From assembly GCA_963668645.2 (NCBI GenBank), contig CAXXWC010000015.1, forward strand, positions 1-64,000: DNA of 64,000 nucleotides, given 5' to 3'. The translations under genes were made by a program, and so were the position numbers. Within the stretch, counting starts at the first letter, position 1. The number at the start of each line of letters is the position of its first letter. Positions 11,401 through 26,706 of the stretch are shown in pieces. The stretch is from Desulfobacterales bacterium (GTDB lineage Bacteria > Desulfobacterota > Desulfobacteria > Desulfobacterales > UBA2174). The notes under the pieces were generated by a model. It did no database searches. It saw nothing but the letters and a program-made list of their open reading frames with translations, and had not been told where the DNA came from.

Positions 11401-12507
11401 TTATTCGGACTGGAAGCGGCGCATGCGAACATTGATGAGCAATCCGACACAGATCATCATCGACAGCACGGATGAGCCGCCGTAGCTGATAAACGGCAGC
11501 GGCACCCCCACCACCGGCATCAGTCCCATCACCATGCCGACGTTGATCACCACCTGCCAGAAAATCATGGCCGTCACGCCCACCGCCAGGATGATCCCGA
11601 ACGGATCACGGCTGTCCGCCGCCACTTTCAGTCCCCTGAGAATCAGAATCGAAAAGAGCACCAGCAGGAGCATGCTGCCGGCAAAACCCCATTCTTCAGC
11701 CAGCACGGAAAAGATGAAGTCGGTGTGCTGCTCGGGCAAAAAACTCAGCGCATTCTGGGTGCCTTTGAGAAACCCCTTGCCGCTGAGCATGCCGCTGCCG
11801 ATGGCGATTTTGCTTTGAATGATGTGATAGCCGGCGCCCAGCGGATCGCGGTCCGGATCGAGAAAAGTCAAAATCCGCTGTTTTTGATACCCCTTGAGAA
11901 AAAACCAGACCACGGGAGCGCTCACCGTGCCGAAGGCAATGATCTTGAGCGCCGCCCGCCGCTCGATCTTGACAAACACCGTCATCGACAAGGCGATGAG
12001 CAACAGCAGCATCGCCGTCCCCAGGTCAGGCTGGCGCACGATGAGAATGAACGGCAAGCCGGTAATGGCCATCGGCCAGACCAATTCGCGCAGCCTGAAA
12101 CCACGGGTGTTCACCTCCTTGGCATAGTGGCGCGCCAGCATGATCACCACGCAAATTTTGATCGGTTCAGAAGGCTGGATGGAGATCGGACCGATCAGCA
12201 GCCAGCGCTGGGAGCCGCCAGCGAACTTGCCCACGATCAGCACCGCTGCCAGCATCGCCACACCCAGCCCGTAGATCACCGGCGCCCAGCGGCCGACGGT
12301 TTTATAATTGATCGTCAAACTGGCCATCATGGCCCCAAGTCCCAGGGCGAACCAGATGATCTGCTTGGTGTGCAGGCTGCGTTGGTGGGCCGATGGGTCG
12401 GCATTCACCGCACTGTAGAGGGTAAACACCCCCAGCAAGGCAAGAAGCGTCACGGCGGCCATCAACCCCCAGTCGAAATTCTGGGCCAGACGTCGATCGA
12501 ACATCAT
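11401..12507 (-). CDS. rodA: rod shape-determining protein RodA (SEDS)
   Basis: IQPSE, QPDLGT, GYHIIQSKIAIGSG, LPEQHTDFIFS, PFISYGGSS. Confidence 0.97.
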   Translation of the reverse strand: MMFDRRLAQNFDWGLMAAVTLLALLGVFTLYSAVNADPSAHQRSLHTKQIIWFALGLGAMMASLTINYKTVGRWAPVIYGLGVAMLAAVLIVGKFAGGSQRWLLIGPISIQPSEPIKICVVIMLARHYAKEVNTRGFRLRELVWPMAITGLPFILIVRQPDLGTAMLLLLIALSMTVFVKIERRAALKIIAFGTVSAPVVWFFLKGYQKQRILTFLDPDRDPLGAGYHIIQSKIAIGSGMLSGKGFLKGTQNALSFLPEQHTDFIFSVLAEEWGFAGSMLLLVLFSILILRGLKVAADSRDPFGIILAVGVTAMIFWQVVINVGMVMGLMPVVGVPLPFISYGGSSVLSMMICVGLLINVRMRRFQSE

Positions 12508-12546
12508 CGGAATCGCTCCGGGAAACAGTTTGCGGAATCGCTCACC

Positions 12547-14424
12547 TTACTCTTCATCCTCGGCGGCGGTATCCGGAGACCCCAGTGCGACGGTGGCCAC
12601 CGGATCGTCCGGTTTGAGATAAGCCTGGATCACGGCCCGGGCCACCGGGGCGGCCGCACTCGAACCGTGTTCACCGTGCTCGATGATCACGGCCACGGCG
12701 ATCTTCGGATTCTTGCTCGGCGCATAAGCGGTAAACCACGCGTGGTCCTTGAGATGATCGGCGACCTGTGAGCCGCGCTGCGCATCGCCTTTACGGCTGA
12801 ACACTTGGGCCGTGCCGGTCTTGCCGCTGATGGACACATCATCCATGCGGATGCGCCGGGCCGTGCCCCGATCGGATTGAACCACGCGAAACAGCCCCTC
12901 CTGAACCAGGGCTAAGACCTTGTCGCTCACCGGAATCCTGCCGGCCAACACCGCCTTGGCCGGCTCGGCCGGCAGGTCTCCGATACCTTCCACGGCATGG
13001 AGCAACTGGGGGCGATAGAGGTTGCCACCATTGCCGATAGCCGCCATGAGCATGGCCATCTGGAGAGGCGTCACCAGGTTGAACCCTTGCCCGATGGCGA
13101 TGGACAAGGTCTCGCCGCGCTGCCAGGGAACGCCGAAACGCCCCTGCTTCCATGCGGCGGTGGGGATCAACCCGGCCTGTTCGTGATCCAGCTCCACCCC
13201 GGTAGTGGCCCCCAGGCCGCACCCGCGGGCGTACCAGGCCAGACGGTCGACCCCCAGCTTCATCCCCGTCTGGTAAAAAAACACGTCGCAGGATTGATTG
13301 AGGGCCTCGATCACGTCCAGATTTCCGTGCCCGCCCTTTCGCCAGCACCGGTAGACACGGTTTCCGAAGTTTATATGTCCGGGGCAGAAAATCTTGGTAT
13401 GGGCGTCGATCGCCCCTTCTTGCAGACCGGCCAGAGCCGTCACGATCTTGTAGGTGGACGCCGGCGGATATTCGCCCTGAATTGCCTTGTTTTCCAGCGG
13501 CCGATTGGGATTTTCGATCAGCGCCTGCCACTCCTTGTGGCTGATGCCGCCGACGAAGCGGTTCGGATCGAAGGAGGGGCTGCTGACCATGGCCAGCACC
13601 TGGCCGTCGGCCGGATCCACCGCCACGACGGCGCCTGTGCGATCTGCCAGAGCCGATTCGGCCACCGCCTGAATCCGCTCATCGATGGACAGCTGCAGGT
13701 TGCGCCCCGGAGCGGCCTCGACGGTCTTGAGTACCCGAATCACCTGGCCGCGGGCATCGACCTCGACCTGCCGGCCACCGCGCTCACCCCGCAAAAGGGT
13801 CTCAAAGGCTTTTTCTGCGCCGAATTTGCCGATAAAATCCCCGCTGCGGCAGCCTGGATACCGGCCGCAGGCCAACTCGTCGGCATTGATCTCCCCGAGG
13901 TATCCGAGCAGGTGGGCGGCGCTTTCCCCGTTCAGATAGTGCCGCCGGGCTCTGACATCCACGACGATCCCCGGCAAGTCGTAGCGGCGGGCTTCGATGG
14001 CCGCCAACTCATTGCGGCCGATATCCCGGTACAAAAGGATCGGCCGGTAAGCGGCCTGCTGCCGGTAGCGGGCGATCTGGGCTTGGATCAAAGGCAGATC
14101 CAAACCGGTGTAGCGCGCCAGCCGGTCGATGGTTTCATCCACCGGTCGAGCGTCCCGGGGGATAATGGAAAGGTCGAAGGAGGCCCGGTTGTCGACCATC
14201 AACCGGCCATGGCGGTCGAAGATCAGCCCCCTGGACGGATCGATGCTCTGCAGCCGGATGCAGTTGTTTTCCGACAGCCGCCTCAACTCCTGTCCCTCGA
14301 TGATTTGAAGGAAGAACAGGCGCAGCAGCAAAATCAAAAAAGCGGCCAGTACAATCGCCACGGCCAGATTAATCCGTTGGCGATACCAATCGTGATCGGC
14401 GGTTTTGAGATAGGGCTGGGGCAA
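12547..14424 (-). CDS. mrdA: penicillin-binding protein 2
   Basis: RGLIFDR, SxxK (PASTYK), SCD, KTGTAQ; between mreD and rodA. Confidence 0.96.
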   Translation of the reverse strand: MPQPYLKTADHDWYRQRINLAVAIVLAAFLILLLRLFFLQIIEGQELRRLSENNCIRLQSIDPSRGLIFDRHGRLMVDNRASFDLSIIPRDARPVDETIDRLARYTGLDLPLIQAQIARYRQQAAYRPILLYRDIGRNELAAIEARRYDLPGIVVDVRARRHYLNGESAAHLLGYLGEINADELACGRYPGCRSGDFIGKFGAEKAFETLLRGERGGRQVEVDARGQVIRVLKTVEAAPGRNLQLSIDERIQAVAESALADRTGAVVAVDPADGQVLAMVSSPSFDPNRFVGGISHKEWQALIENPNRPLENKAIQGEYPPASTYKIVTALAGLQEGAIDAHTKIFCPGHINFGNRVYRCWRKGGHGNLDVIEALNQSCDVFFYQTGMKLGVDRLAWYARGCGLGATTGVELDHEQAGLIPTAAWKQGRFGVPWQRGETLSIAIGQGFNLVTPLQMAMLMAAIGNGGNLYRPQLLHAVEGIGDLPAEPAKAVLAGRIPVSDKVLALVQEGLFRVVQSDRGTARRIRMDDVSISGKTGTAQVFSRKGDAQRGSQVADHLKDHAWFTAYAPSKNPKIAVAVIIEHGEHGSSAAAPVARAVIQAYLKPDDPVATVALGSPDTAAEDEE

Positions 14425-14486
14425 AACAGCGTAATTTCAGGTTAGAGGTTGCCGGTAAGCTGCGCCCGGAGCAGAGACCTGAGCGG

Positions 14487-15005
14487 CTATTCATCCTTGA
14501 CGGCGCGTCGCGCCGCGGCCTGGGCCTGATAACGGCGCAGACGCAGCTGCGCCTGGCCGAAAAATGCAAGCAACAACGGACCGGTCAGCAGGGCCCAGGC
14601 CATCTGGGCTGCCACCCTGGCGCCAACCCCGGTAGGTGCGAAATTAGAGCGGTCTTCCACCAGCAGGGGAATTGCCAGAAACACCAGATTTTCCAACAAG
14701 ACGGCGCCGGCGATCACCAGGGGCAAAAGAAACGTATTGGCCACGCGCAGATACCGGATAAGCAGGCGCATCACCGCCCAAATCCACATATAGGCGGTCA
14801 GGTAATATCCCGTGGAGGCGGCCGACAGACCGTCCACGACGATACCGATGAGCACCACCACCATCAAACCGTCCCACAGCCGGCGCCGTAAACCGAGAAA
14901 AACCACCAGGGGCACCAGCAGATCGTAACCGCCAAGCCAGGGCATCAGGACGGTCTGGACCACCAGAAGGCAAAAACCGGTCAAGGTAAAGAGCAGCACG
15001 CTCAT
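14487..15005 (-). CDS. mreD: rod shape-determining protein MreD
   Basis: Multi-TM hydrophobic protein between mreC and mrdA; ATG at 15005 just after the mreC stop. Confidence 0.8.
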   Translation of the reverse strand: MSVLLFTLTGFCLLVVQTVLMPWLGGYDLLVPLVVFLGLRRRLWDGLMVVVLIGIVVDGLSAASTGYYLTAYMWIWAVMRLLIRYLRVANTFLLPLVIAGAVLLENLVFLAIPLLVEDRSNFAPTGVGARVAAQMAWALLTGPLLLAFFGQAQLRLRRYQAQAAARRAVKDE

Positions 15006-15007
15006 CG

Positions 15008-15844
15008 TTAGTCGGGAATCTCGGGGCGCGTTGGGCTGCGCACCACGAGAACCTCTTCGAGGGTGGCAAAATCGACCGACGGCGCGACCCTGACCTCCTG
15101 AAAGATGCCAGGCCCTTCCTGTTCCACCGCGGACACCGATCCGACCCTCAATCCTTTGGGAAAGACCCCGTCCAGGCCGGAAGCGATCAGTACGTCGCCC
15201 ACGTGCACATCGTCCTGTCGCATCACGTATTTGAAGATGCACCGGTCATCGGAGGTTCCAGTCACCATGCCCCGGGCCCGACTGCGCTGCACCAGGGTAT
15301 CCACCGCGGTGTTCTGGTCGATGATCAACAGCACCTTGGCATATTTTGCCGCCACCTCGGTGACCTGCCCCGCGATCCCCTGGGCCGTGACCACCGGCTG
15401 TCCCTTGGCCACCCCGGAGGCCGTGCCCTTGTCGATGATTACGGACCTGAACCAGGGGGAAGGATCCTTTCCGATCACCTCGGCGGGCAGGACATCGAGA
15501 CCGACGGCCTGCTGAAAATCGAGCAGGCGGCGCAGGCGCTGGTTCTCCTGGGCGGTTTCCTTGAAGTGGTCGTTCTGGGCCTGGACCTGGGCCAGGTCCT
15601 GCCGCAGGCGACCGTTTTCCCTGGCGGTCGAGGCCAGGGCGAAATAGGTGGCCCAGACATCGCGCACCGCACGCAGGCTGTGGGATAGCACAGCCTGCCA
15701 GGGCGCCAGGAGCGTCAAACCGACGCGTCCCATACCCAAATCAGCGCTACGACTGCGGCTGCTGAGGGTCAAGCCGATGATATTAGCGGCGATCATCAGA
15801 ATCAAGCCGACGATCAGCAAAGTTTTCCTGGAAAGCATATGCAT
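15008..15844 (-). CDS. mreC: rod shape-determining protein MreC
   Basis: TM, coiled coil ENQRLRRLL, IIDKG..GV, SGLDGVFPKGL. Confidence 0.95.
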   Translation of the reverse strand: MHMLSRKTLLIVGLILMIAANIIGLTLSSRSRSADLGMGRVGLTLLAPWQAVLSHSLRAVRDVWATYFALASTARENGRLRQDLAQVQAQNDHFKETAQENQRLRRLLDFQQAVGLDVLPAEVIGKDPSPWFRSVIIDKGTASGVAKGQPVVTAQGIAGQVTEVAAKYAKVLLIIDQNTAVDTLVQRSRARGMVTGTSDDRCIFKYVMRQDDVHVGDVLIASGLDGVFPKGLRVGSVSAVEQEGPGIFQEVRVAPSVDFATLEEVLVVRSPTRPEIPD

Positions 15845-16023
15845 CGAGTAGAGAATTCGGAGCGTCGGGGGAATGTTGCCGGTACGCTACGGCGGAAAGT
15901 CATCGCGCCCGAATGGCGTTTGCCCGGCCGCATCCTCACCGACGGTCAAGCCGCGCATCGACCGCGACGGCCGGCAGGCGGCATGGTACGCCACTCCCAC
16001 AGCGACCTATTGGGATCAACCCT

Positions 16024-17094
<1,071 letters not shown>

Positions 17095-17206
17095 TCATCC
17101 GGAAGCGTTAAAAAGTCATCATGCCGAAGGCTTGGAAAGCCGGCCGATGTGGTGTTTGGCTAACAGAAAGACGGTTTGAAAACAAGAAAAATGTCAATTC
17201 CGCCCA

Positions 17207-18259
17207 TCAGTCCGGGGCCTCCATGGCCAGCCACACGGCATCGTGAAGCTCGGGACGAAAGGCCCTGATCGCTTCGTTCGCGCGGCTGGGATGCACCCGG
17301 TTGGTCAATAGGATCACGATCCGCTCCCGCTGCAAATCGATCCAGAAGCTGGTTCCGGTAAATCCCAGGTGACCGATGCTCTGGGCCGGAAAATAACGCC
17401 CGCAGGCCGGCGGGTCCGCGGAAGGCACATCGAAACCCAGGGCCCGGCTCCCATCCGAGGGCACCTTTATAAATAAACGCACCCACTCCGCGGGCAGCAC
17501 CGACTCGGCACCGCCCCCCTGACAGGCGGCCAGGATGCAGCTCAACAAGCGGTGCACGGCGGCTGCGCTGCCGAACAGCCCGGCATGGCCGCAAACGCCC
17601 CCCAGCGCATAACAGTTGTCGTCGCTAACCTGCCCGCAAAGCGGCCCGCGCCAGGGGCAGTGTTCGGTAGCGGCGAAATGGGCTGCCGGCTGCGGCCTAT
17701 CCAGGGGAACAAAGAACAGGGGAGCCACGCCCAATGGGTGGTAGATCCGCTTTTCCACCAGCCGGTCGAGACGCTCACCGCTGAGAACCTCGGCGATCCA
17801 GGCCAGGATCATGAAGTTCAAATCGCTGTAAAGCACACCGCTGCCCGGGGCCTGTTCGAGAGGTGTGGCGGCCAGGCTGTGTTGAAAAACCTCCTTGCGC
17901 CGGTCCGATGAAAGCCTTCGCAAGCTTTCGTAATAAGGCCGCCATGCCGGCAGGCCCGATGCGTGGCGCAGCAACTGGGCCACGGTCACCCGGGCGGCCG
18001 GTTGATCCTCAAAGACCGGCAAAAGCCTTTCCAGCGGCGTGTCCAGGGCCAGCCGCCCGTCGGCCCCCAGGCGCAGGATCGCCAGGGTGGTGGCAAGGGG
18101 CTTGGTGAGCGATGCCAGGTCAAAGATCGTCTGCAGGTTCACGCGCCGGCCCGTGGCCGAGTCTGCCACCCCGTATGCACGCTGAAAAACCACGGCCGGC
18201 CCGCGGGCCGCGAGAAGCACGGCACCCGGAAACACCTTGGCCCCGACCGCCGCCTGCAT
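17207..18259 (-). CDS. serine hydrolase, beta-lactamase class C-like
   Basis: FDLASLTK (SxxK), LLRHASGL, YSD, GHAGLF, GHLGFTGT, LTNR; start uncertain (may be slightly upstream). Confidence 0.85.
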   Translation of the reverse strand: MQAAVGAKVFPGAVLLAARGPAVVFQRAYGVADSATGRRVNLQTIFDLASLTKPLATTLAILRLGADGRLALDTPLERLLPVFEDQPAARVTVAQLLRHASGLPAWRPYYESLRRLSSDRRKEVFQHSLAATPLEQAPGSGVLYSDLNFMILAWIAEVLSGERLDRLVEKRIYHPLGVAPLFFVPLDRPQPAAHFAATEHCPWRGPLCGQVSDDNCYALGGVCGHAGLFGSAAAVHRLLSCILAACQGGGAESVLPAEWVRLFIKVPSDGSRALGFDVPSADPPACGRYFPAQSIGHLGFTGTSFWIDLQRERIVILLTNRVHPSRANEAIRAFRPELHDAVWLAMEAPD

Positions 18260-18318
18260 CAGGCGCTCAACCGGTTCGAATCCCGCTTCCCGCCTTATTC
18301 CCAAAAACTTCGTGCCTC

Positions 18319-19233
18319 CTAGCGCCGCGGCGCCCGCCCCACTTCCAGGCTTTTGCGGGCCGTGTCCAGACACGCCGCCATCCCCAACGGAAGGGTCAGG
18401 TTGCGCTTCCCGTGCCCCACGGGCAGCCCGCTCATGACCGGAATCCCCAGATCCTCCAGGCGGTCCTGGAACACCCGCTTAAGGTCTTCAGTGCGGCCGC
18501 AGTCGGTAAAATCACCCAGCACCACGGCTCGGGCCCCATCGAAGACCCCGCCCAAGCGCAGCTGGGTCAACATGCGGTCGATGCGGTAAGGCGCTTCGGC
18601 CCGATCCTCGAATATCACGATAGCGCCTTCGAAATGCGGCGCAAACGGTGTTCCCATCAAATGGCAGATCGTGCTCAGGTTTCCACCGCAGAGTCTGCCC
18701 ACGGCCCAGCCTTCTGCCAGGGCCCGGCCCCCGGCCAGCGAAACGGTCATCTCGGGATTGGGCGCCATAAAAACATCCAGCCCCATGATCGTTTCACGAT
18801 TCACATCGGGGAGGCTGGCTGCCGTGGGGCCGTGAAACCCGATCATTCCCGCCCGGCTGTTCAACGCCCAGAGCAGGGCCGAAATATCTGAAAATCCCAG
18901 CAACCGCTTGGGGTGCCGGGCGATCAGGTCAAAATCGAGCCGATCCAGGACACGCATGCTCCCGTAGCCGCCCCGGGCACAGACGATGGCGTCCACAGCA
19001 GGATCGAGAAAGGCGTCCATCAAGAATGTGGCCCGGTCCCGGTCCGAACCGGACAGATAGCCCTGGCGAGCATATACGGACCGGTCAAGACTCGGTTCAA
19101 GCCCTGCAGCCCGCAGCACTTCGACTCCGGCCACCAGGTCCGAGGGGTTACAGGCCCCGGCCGGTGCCACCACAGCCACCCGTGCGCCGGGTGCCAGGGC
19201 CGGAGGAAGGATCAAGGGTGAATGGCGATTCAT
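18319..19233 (-). CDS. LD-carboxypeptidase (peptidase S66)
   Basis: RGGYG, GFSDIS, GGNL, FED, GHG catalytic motifs. Confidence 0.92.
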   Translation of the reverse strand: MNRHSPLILPPALAPGARVAVVAPAGACNPSDLVAGVEVLRAAGLEPSLDRSVYARQGYLSGSDRDRATFLMDAFLDPAVDAIVCARGGYGSMRVLDRLDFDLIARHPKRLLGFSDISALLWALNSRAGMIGFHGPTAASLPDVNRETIMGLDVFMAPNPEMTVSLAGGRALAEGWAVGRLCGGNLSTICHLMGTPFAPHFEGAIVIFEDRAEAPYRIDRMLTQLRLGGVFDGARAVVLGDFTDCGRTEDLKRVFQDRLEDLGIPVMSGLPVGHGKRNLTLPLGMAACLDTARKSLEVGRAPRR

Positions 19234-19412
19234 AAGCTGTAACCATACCAGGACCGCGCCATCTTTCAAAATAAAATTGCGAAAACCTTGGATATTACCC
19301 GTTATAATTCCGCAAGATCTCGGACCGCACCCCGGCCGGTACCGGAAAAATGCAGCCCAGACGACAATCCGGTTGACATGGATCAGGGAATTTCGTAGGT
19401 AGTGCCTCTGTG

Positions 19413-19492
<80 letters not shown>

Positions 19493-19502
19493 AAAGACTA
19501 AT

Positions 19503-19535
19503 AAACCCGTGCGGTTAATCCGTGCGGGTTTTTTA
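19503..19535 (+). terminator. intrinsic terminator after tRNA-Pro
   Basis: AAACCCGTGCGG-TTAAT-CCGTGCGGGTTT stem with G-U pairs, then a T run. Confidence 0.75.
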
Positions 19536-19718
19536 GTTTGTTTATAGCAAAAAGCCATTAGACTGCCCGAAAATGCCTGTTTGCTGGACACGAAAGTGGA
19601 CATGCTGGGGCGGCATATGGCATGTCGGCAGAGTGCCATCCAGCAAAGTCATCGACCAGTCGGGCAATAAGCAGCGCCAAGTTGCCAAAGGTACTACCGA
19701 ACTTCAATCCGACGGTGA

Positions 19719-19913
19719 TTATCGGCAAGATCCCACCGATCGCCCCAGGCGAAACCCGTGCGAACAGTCCATAAAGTCGGCTTCGAAGATCGGTTCGATA
19801 ATCAGCACCACTGCCGTCTGCACCACCCGGTCCCGAATCGTCGGTATCCCCAGCGGTCGCTGGCGTCCGTCCGGTTTGGGGACCTCTCCCAGCGAATTCG
19901 TTATGGCTTGTGG
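19719..19913 (-). pseudogene. group II intron reverse transcriptase fragment
   Basis: Own translation: [50 protein letters not shown], bounded by in-frame stops; not in the ORF track; no YADD region. Confidence 0.88.
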
Positions 19914-20166
19914 TTACCCTCCTATCTATTTCGCCATGACCTTCGGGACCCCTCCATACATTTTCGAAAGGGTTCCAGACAGAGTCCTTTTTGAGTGAGA
20001 CTCTCGTATACATGACGGCTCCTTATGGCCATAGGCGCAGGTGTCCCTTGTTAGATTATACAGCGATTGGTCGGGAATGGTCTACGGAATAGGGGAAAGG
20101 GAAGACTGCCTTATTGGCAGCGGAAGAACGATCTAAACGGTATTATCGGTTTGTCTTGATGAACGA

Positions 20167-21924
20167 CTATGGTCCGGTTTTTTCGAGACCCTTTGCCTCA
20201 TCAAGGGCTTTTCGGACACTTACTGCGAAATCTTTCAGATCCTGCGGTTTCATGACAAATGAACAAATACCAATCTCACGAGCTTTTTCTTCAGAAATTT
20301 TTTCGCTGTACCCGGTGCAAAGCATAATTGGCATTTTGGGCCTGACTTTTAAGATTTCAACTGCCAGTTGATCGCCTGTCATATGCGGCATATCCATGTC
20401 GGTGATGATTAGATCAAATGCGTCTGGTGCATTTTTAAATATCGTCAACGCCTCTGATGAATCTGTGGAACCTTCGACTGCATAACCTAATCCTTCCAAT
20501 CGCCGCTTTCCCAATCTGAACAGTGACGGATCGTCATCCACAAATAAAATCTGTTCGTGTCCTGAAGGCGAAACAATCTCAGGGACAGTTTCCTGCTCAA
20601 TATGACCTTCATAAGCAGGAAGTAAAATTGTGAATACCGATCCTTTTCCGGGGGAACTTTCAGCAGAGATAATACCGTTGTGAATTTCGACGATTCCATG
20701 AACGACCGCCAACCCAATGCCGGTCCCCTTGCCGAATGCCTTGGTAGTAAAATAAGGCTCAAATATTCTATCCAGCGTATGTTTGTTCATGCCATGGCCA
20801 GTATCTCCGACCATAAGTTTGACATATCGTCCCGGATTTAACTGATCATGGGAATTCGAAACTATTTCATCAATAATCTCATTATTAAGATCAATGGTGA
20901 TGACTCCACCTGTGTTGATCATGGCATCAGTCGCATTGCCGCACAGGTTGATGAGCAATTGATTGATTTGGGTGGCGTTTGCAAAAACAGGAGCAACATC
21001 ATCGGCTATATTCTGGTTAATGCCGATATTTACCGGGATGGATGATCGGATCAATTTCAAGGCTTCCTTTACAACCGCTCCTGTTTGAACAGGCCTTTTC
21101 TTTTGTTCAGTTTTTCGGCTGAACAAAAGAAGTTGCTTTACAACATCCCTGGCGCGTAAACCTGCAACTCGAATTTCTTCTGTGTTTTCCTTTGCGTGAC
21201 TCCATTCAGGCAATTCCTCCATGACCAATTCATTGTTGCCGATGATGATGCTGAGAATATTATTGAATTCATGAGCAATCCCGCCAGCCAGGGTGCCTAT
21301 GGATTCCATTTTTTGGGACTGGATGAGCTGAGCCTGTAAATTTTCGCGATCCTTTTCTGCGAGCTTGCTCTCGGTGACATCGCTGACAACTACCCGGATC
21401 TCCCTGAGATCCTCCCCCCTGTTTTTGTAGACCATGCATTCCATATGGGCATGAAAAGCATGCCCGTCCTTTTTCACAAGCCGCAGATCACATATCAGGG
21501 ACTCATCTGTTTCCATAAGTCGATGGCGATGTTTATAGTAAATATCTTGGTCATCTTTCAGGATAAAGTGAGTGAAAAACCTTCCGATCAAGGCACTCCG
21601 CTCTGTTCCTAACATGGAGGCAAGGGTGAGATTGGCCTCTGTTATGATCCCCTTTTCACTGATTGAAAAATATCCCACCGGTGAAAAATCATACAGATGC
21701 GAATAGCGATTTTGTGCCTTTTCAAGCTCTTCCTGAATGCGCCTGAGCTCTTCGTTTTGCATCTGAAGTTCGATCTGGTGAACGCGAAGCTCATGGATCA
21801 AGGACGCAATTTCTTCAGAAGATTTGCCTGAAAGATCGCAGTTTTCGTCGGCTGTTTCTGCCAGCTTCTTTTCGGCAAGCCGCCTCAGCATAACCCTGTC
21901 GGTAGCATTTTTTTCTTTTTCCAT
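20167..21924 (-). CDS. hybrid sensor histidine kinase (PAS-HisKA-HATPase-REC)
   Basis: HELRVHQIELQMQNEEL, PAS, LAGGIAHEFNN H-box, GTGIGLAVVHGIV, REC ILFVDD..LIITD..MKP; visibly AT-richer than the flanks. Confidence 0.93.
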   Translation of the reverse strand: MEKEKNATDRVMLRRLAEKKLAETADENCDLSGKSSEEIASLIHELRVHQIELQMQNEELRRIQEELEKAQNRYSHLYDFSPVGYFSISEKGIITEANLTLASMLGTERSALIGRFFTHFILKDDQDIYYKHRHRLMETDESLICDLRLVKKDGHAFHAHMECMVYKNRGEDLREIRVVVSDVTESKLAEKDRENLQAQLIQSQKMESIGTLAGGIAHEFNNILSIIIGNNELVMEELPEWSHAKENTEEIRVAGLRARDVVKQLLLFSRKTEQKKRPVQTGAVVKEALKLIRSSIPVNIGINQNIADDVAPVFANATQINQLLINLCGNATDAMINTGGVITIDLNNEIIDEIVSNSHDQLNPGRYVKLMVGDTGHGMNKHTLDRIFEPYFTTKAFGKGTGIGLAVVHGIVEIHNGIISAESSPGKGSVFTILLPAYEGHIEQETVPEIVSPSGHEQILFVDDDPSLFRLGKRRLEGLGYAVEGSTDSSEALTIFKNAPDAFDLIITDMDMPHMTGDQLAVEILKVRPKMPIMLCTGYSEKISEEKAREIGICSFVMKPQDLKDFAVSVRKALDEAKGLEKTGP

Positions 21925-21935
21925 TCCCGCCCCCA

Positions 21936-24881
<2,946 letters not shown>

Positions 24882-25188
24882 GGTGACCCCCTTCAATCCG
24901 GCGCATGATCGCATAGGTCACAAACGGTTTGTGGCTGCATTCATCCTTGACCGGTAAAAAACCAAATGATTTTAGAACTATCTGCGGGGAGTTGAGATCC
25001 GGTCCAGCAGAGAGGGGAGGCCCGCTAAAATTCCTATCCAGTATACCTCAGAGAATCGCTGCGGCAACAAGTATTTGAAATCCCCCAAAAATGATGTGCT
25101 GGGAATGGCTCACTCCCTCAGAGAACCATCCCCAGACAATATGCTGATATATATCTATTTATTGCGTTCTTGCCACTGCTTCCTCAAA

Positions 25189-26706
25189 AGCCGGCTCTCC
25201 GACAGCCTCGATGCCCTCCATCGTCACGAGCTCGGAAACCTGGAGCTGGAAATCACCCGCCACATGATCGAGGCCTGGCAGATCCAAACCGACGTATGCC
25301 ATAACGATACCACCTCTGCTTCTTATTATGGCAATGGGAAAGCCACCCCGTCGCCCGAAGGCATCCAGATCACCTTCGGTCACAGCAAAAAGCACCGCGA
25401 CGACCTCAAGCAGCTGATCTGGTCGATGTCGGTCAGTGACGACAGTGCTTTTCCCCTCTTTTCACAGGCCTACAGCGGCAACACCGCCGATGTGACCACC
25501 TATGTCGAACAGTGGCAGCGCCTGATCGACCTGCTGGACCGGACCGATTTTCTCTACGTGGCCGACTGCAAGCTGATCAGCGGGGCCAACATCGCCGCGA
25601 TCATTGATAACGGCGGCCACTTTCTGGCCCCGGCCCCCATGTATGAAAGCTTTGCCGAACACTTTGAGGCCACCGTTGCCGACCATGACCAGGAAATCCT
25701 GATCCCTCACAAGGGCCGCTTCAATCGGGGTTTTGAGGTGCCGATGGTCGTACGGCACCTCAAAAAGGACTACCGGCTACGGATGATCATCATCTTCGAT
25801 CAGGCCGTGGCCCTGATCAAGCGCCAGAACCTGCAGCGGCGTGTTGAGCAGACAAAAGAGGCCCTGGAAGCGCTCAGGGGTAAACTCAACGGCCGCAAGA
25901 TGAAAACCGAAGAACAGATCCAAAAAGCCTGCGACGCGATCTTGGCAAAATACGGTACCGCAGACTTTTTCACCTACCGCATAGACTACCAGGCCCTGGT
26001 GACCTACAAATACAAAGGCCGAGGACGCCCTTCAGCCGGCAAGGTCGTCGAGAAAGTGGCCGTGCACAGCGATCTATTCGACATCCAGGTCCACTTTGAC
26101 GAGGCCACCTTTAGCGCAGCGCTGGACCGCTGTGGCTATTATCCGCTGCTAACCGACGTGGAGGCCGAGAACTTGAGCCTCCAGCAGGCCATGGCTCACC
26201 ACAAGGGCCAGTACCGAAACGAGCATACCTTCCGGCGCGCCAAAGGGCCCTACGATCTGGAACCGATCTATCTGCAGCGCCCAGAGCGCATCGAGACGTA
26301 TCTGTTCTTGTTCAAAATCGCCTTGCAGATCGTTGTGTTGGTCGAGAGAACCGCTCGGATCAACATCCAACAGCGCGACCGTGGGCTGGATGGCTTGATG
26401 CCAAACCGCAAAGATGTGCGCAACCCCAAAGCCGGACACCTGCTGGCCGCCTTCGAACATGTCGTTAAAGGGGCGATGCCTGGCCCGGGCGGCACTACTT
26501 TCGGCTTTGTCTCGAAACTGACCGCCTTGCAGAGCGAAATCATCACGGTCTTGGAGGTGCCCCCAGAGTGCTTTTCCTATAAATACTTGGCTGACTCAAG
26601 CTAAGCGGGAGGCAACGCGTCTCTTTCACCGTGCGGCAAAAATGCCGGAATCAAGTTGAGATCCGGAAAAATCAAAATGCACTTTTTCAAAGAGCGAAAT
26701 GCAAGT
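25189..26706 (+). mobile_element. IS1634-family element, 5'-truncated transposase (stop at 26604)
   Basis: HNDTTS, FGHSKKHRDDLKQL, GNTAD, YVADCKL, NEHTFR..K..L.PIYL..PERI; similarity starts abruptly at RLSDSLDAL; the right end near GCGAAATGCAAG is approximate. Confidence 0.8.

Noticed and set aside
17169..17197. TTGACA upstream of mreB as a promoter
   Set aside because: No acceptable -10 element at 16-18 nt spacing.
19558..20013. 151-aa and 141-aa ORFs after the tRNA
   Set aside because: They are off-frame or antisense readings across the intron RT relic.
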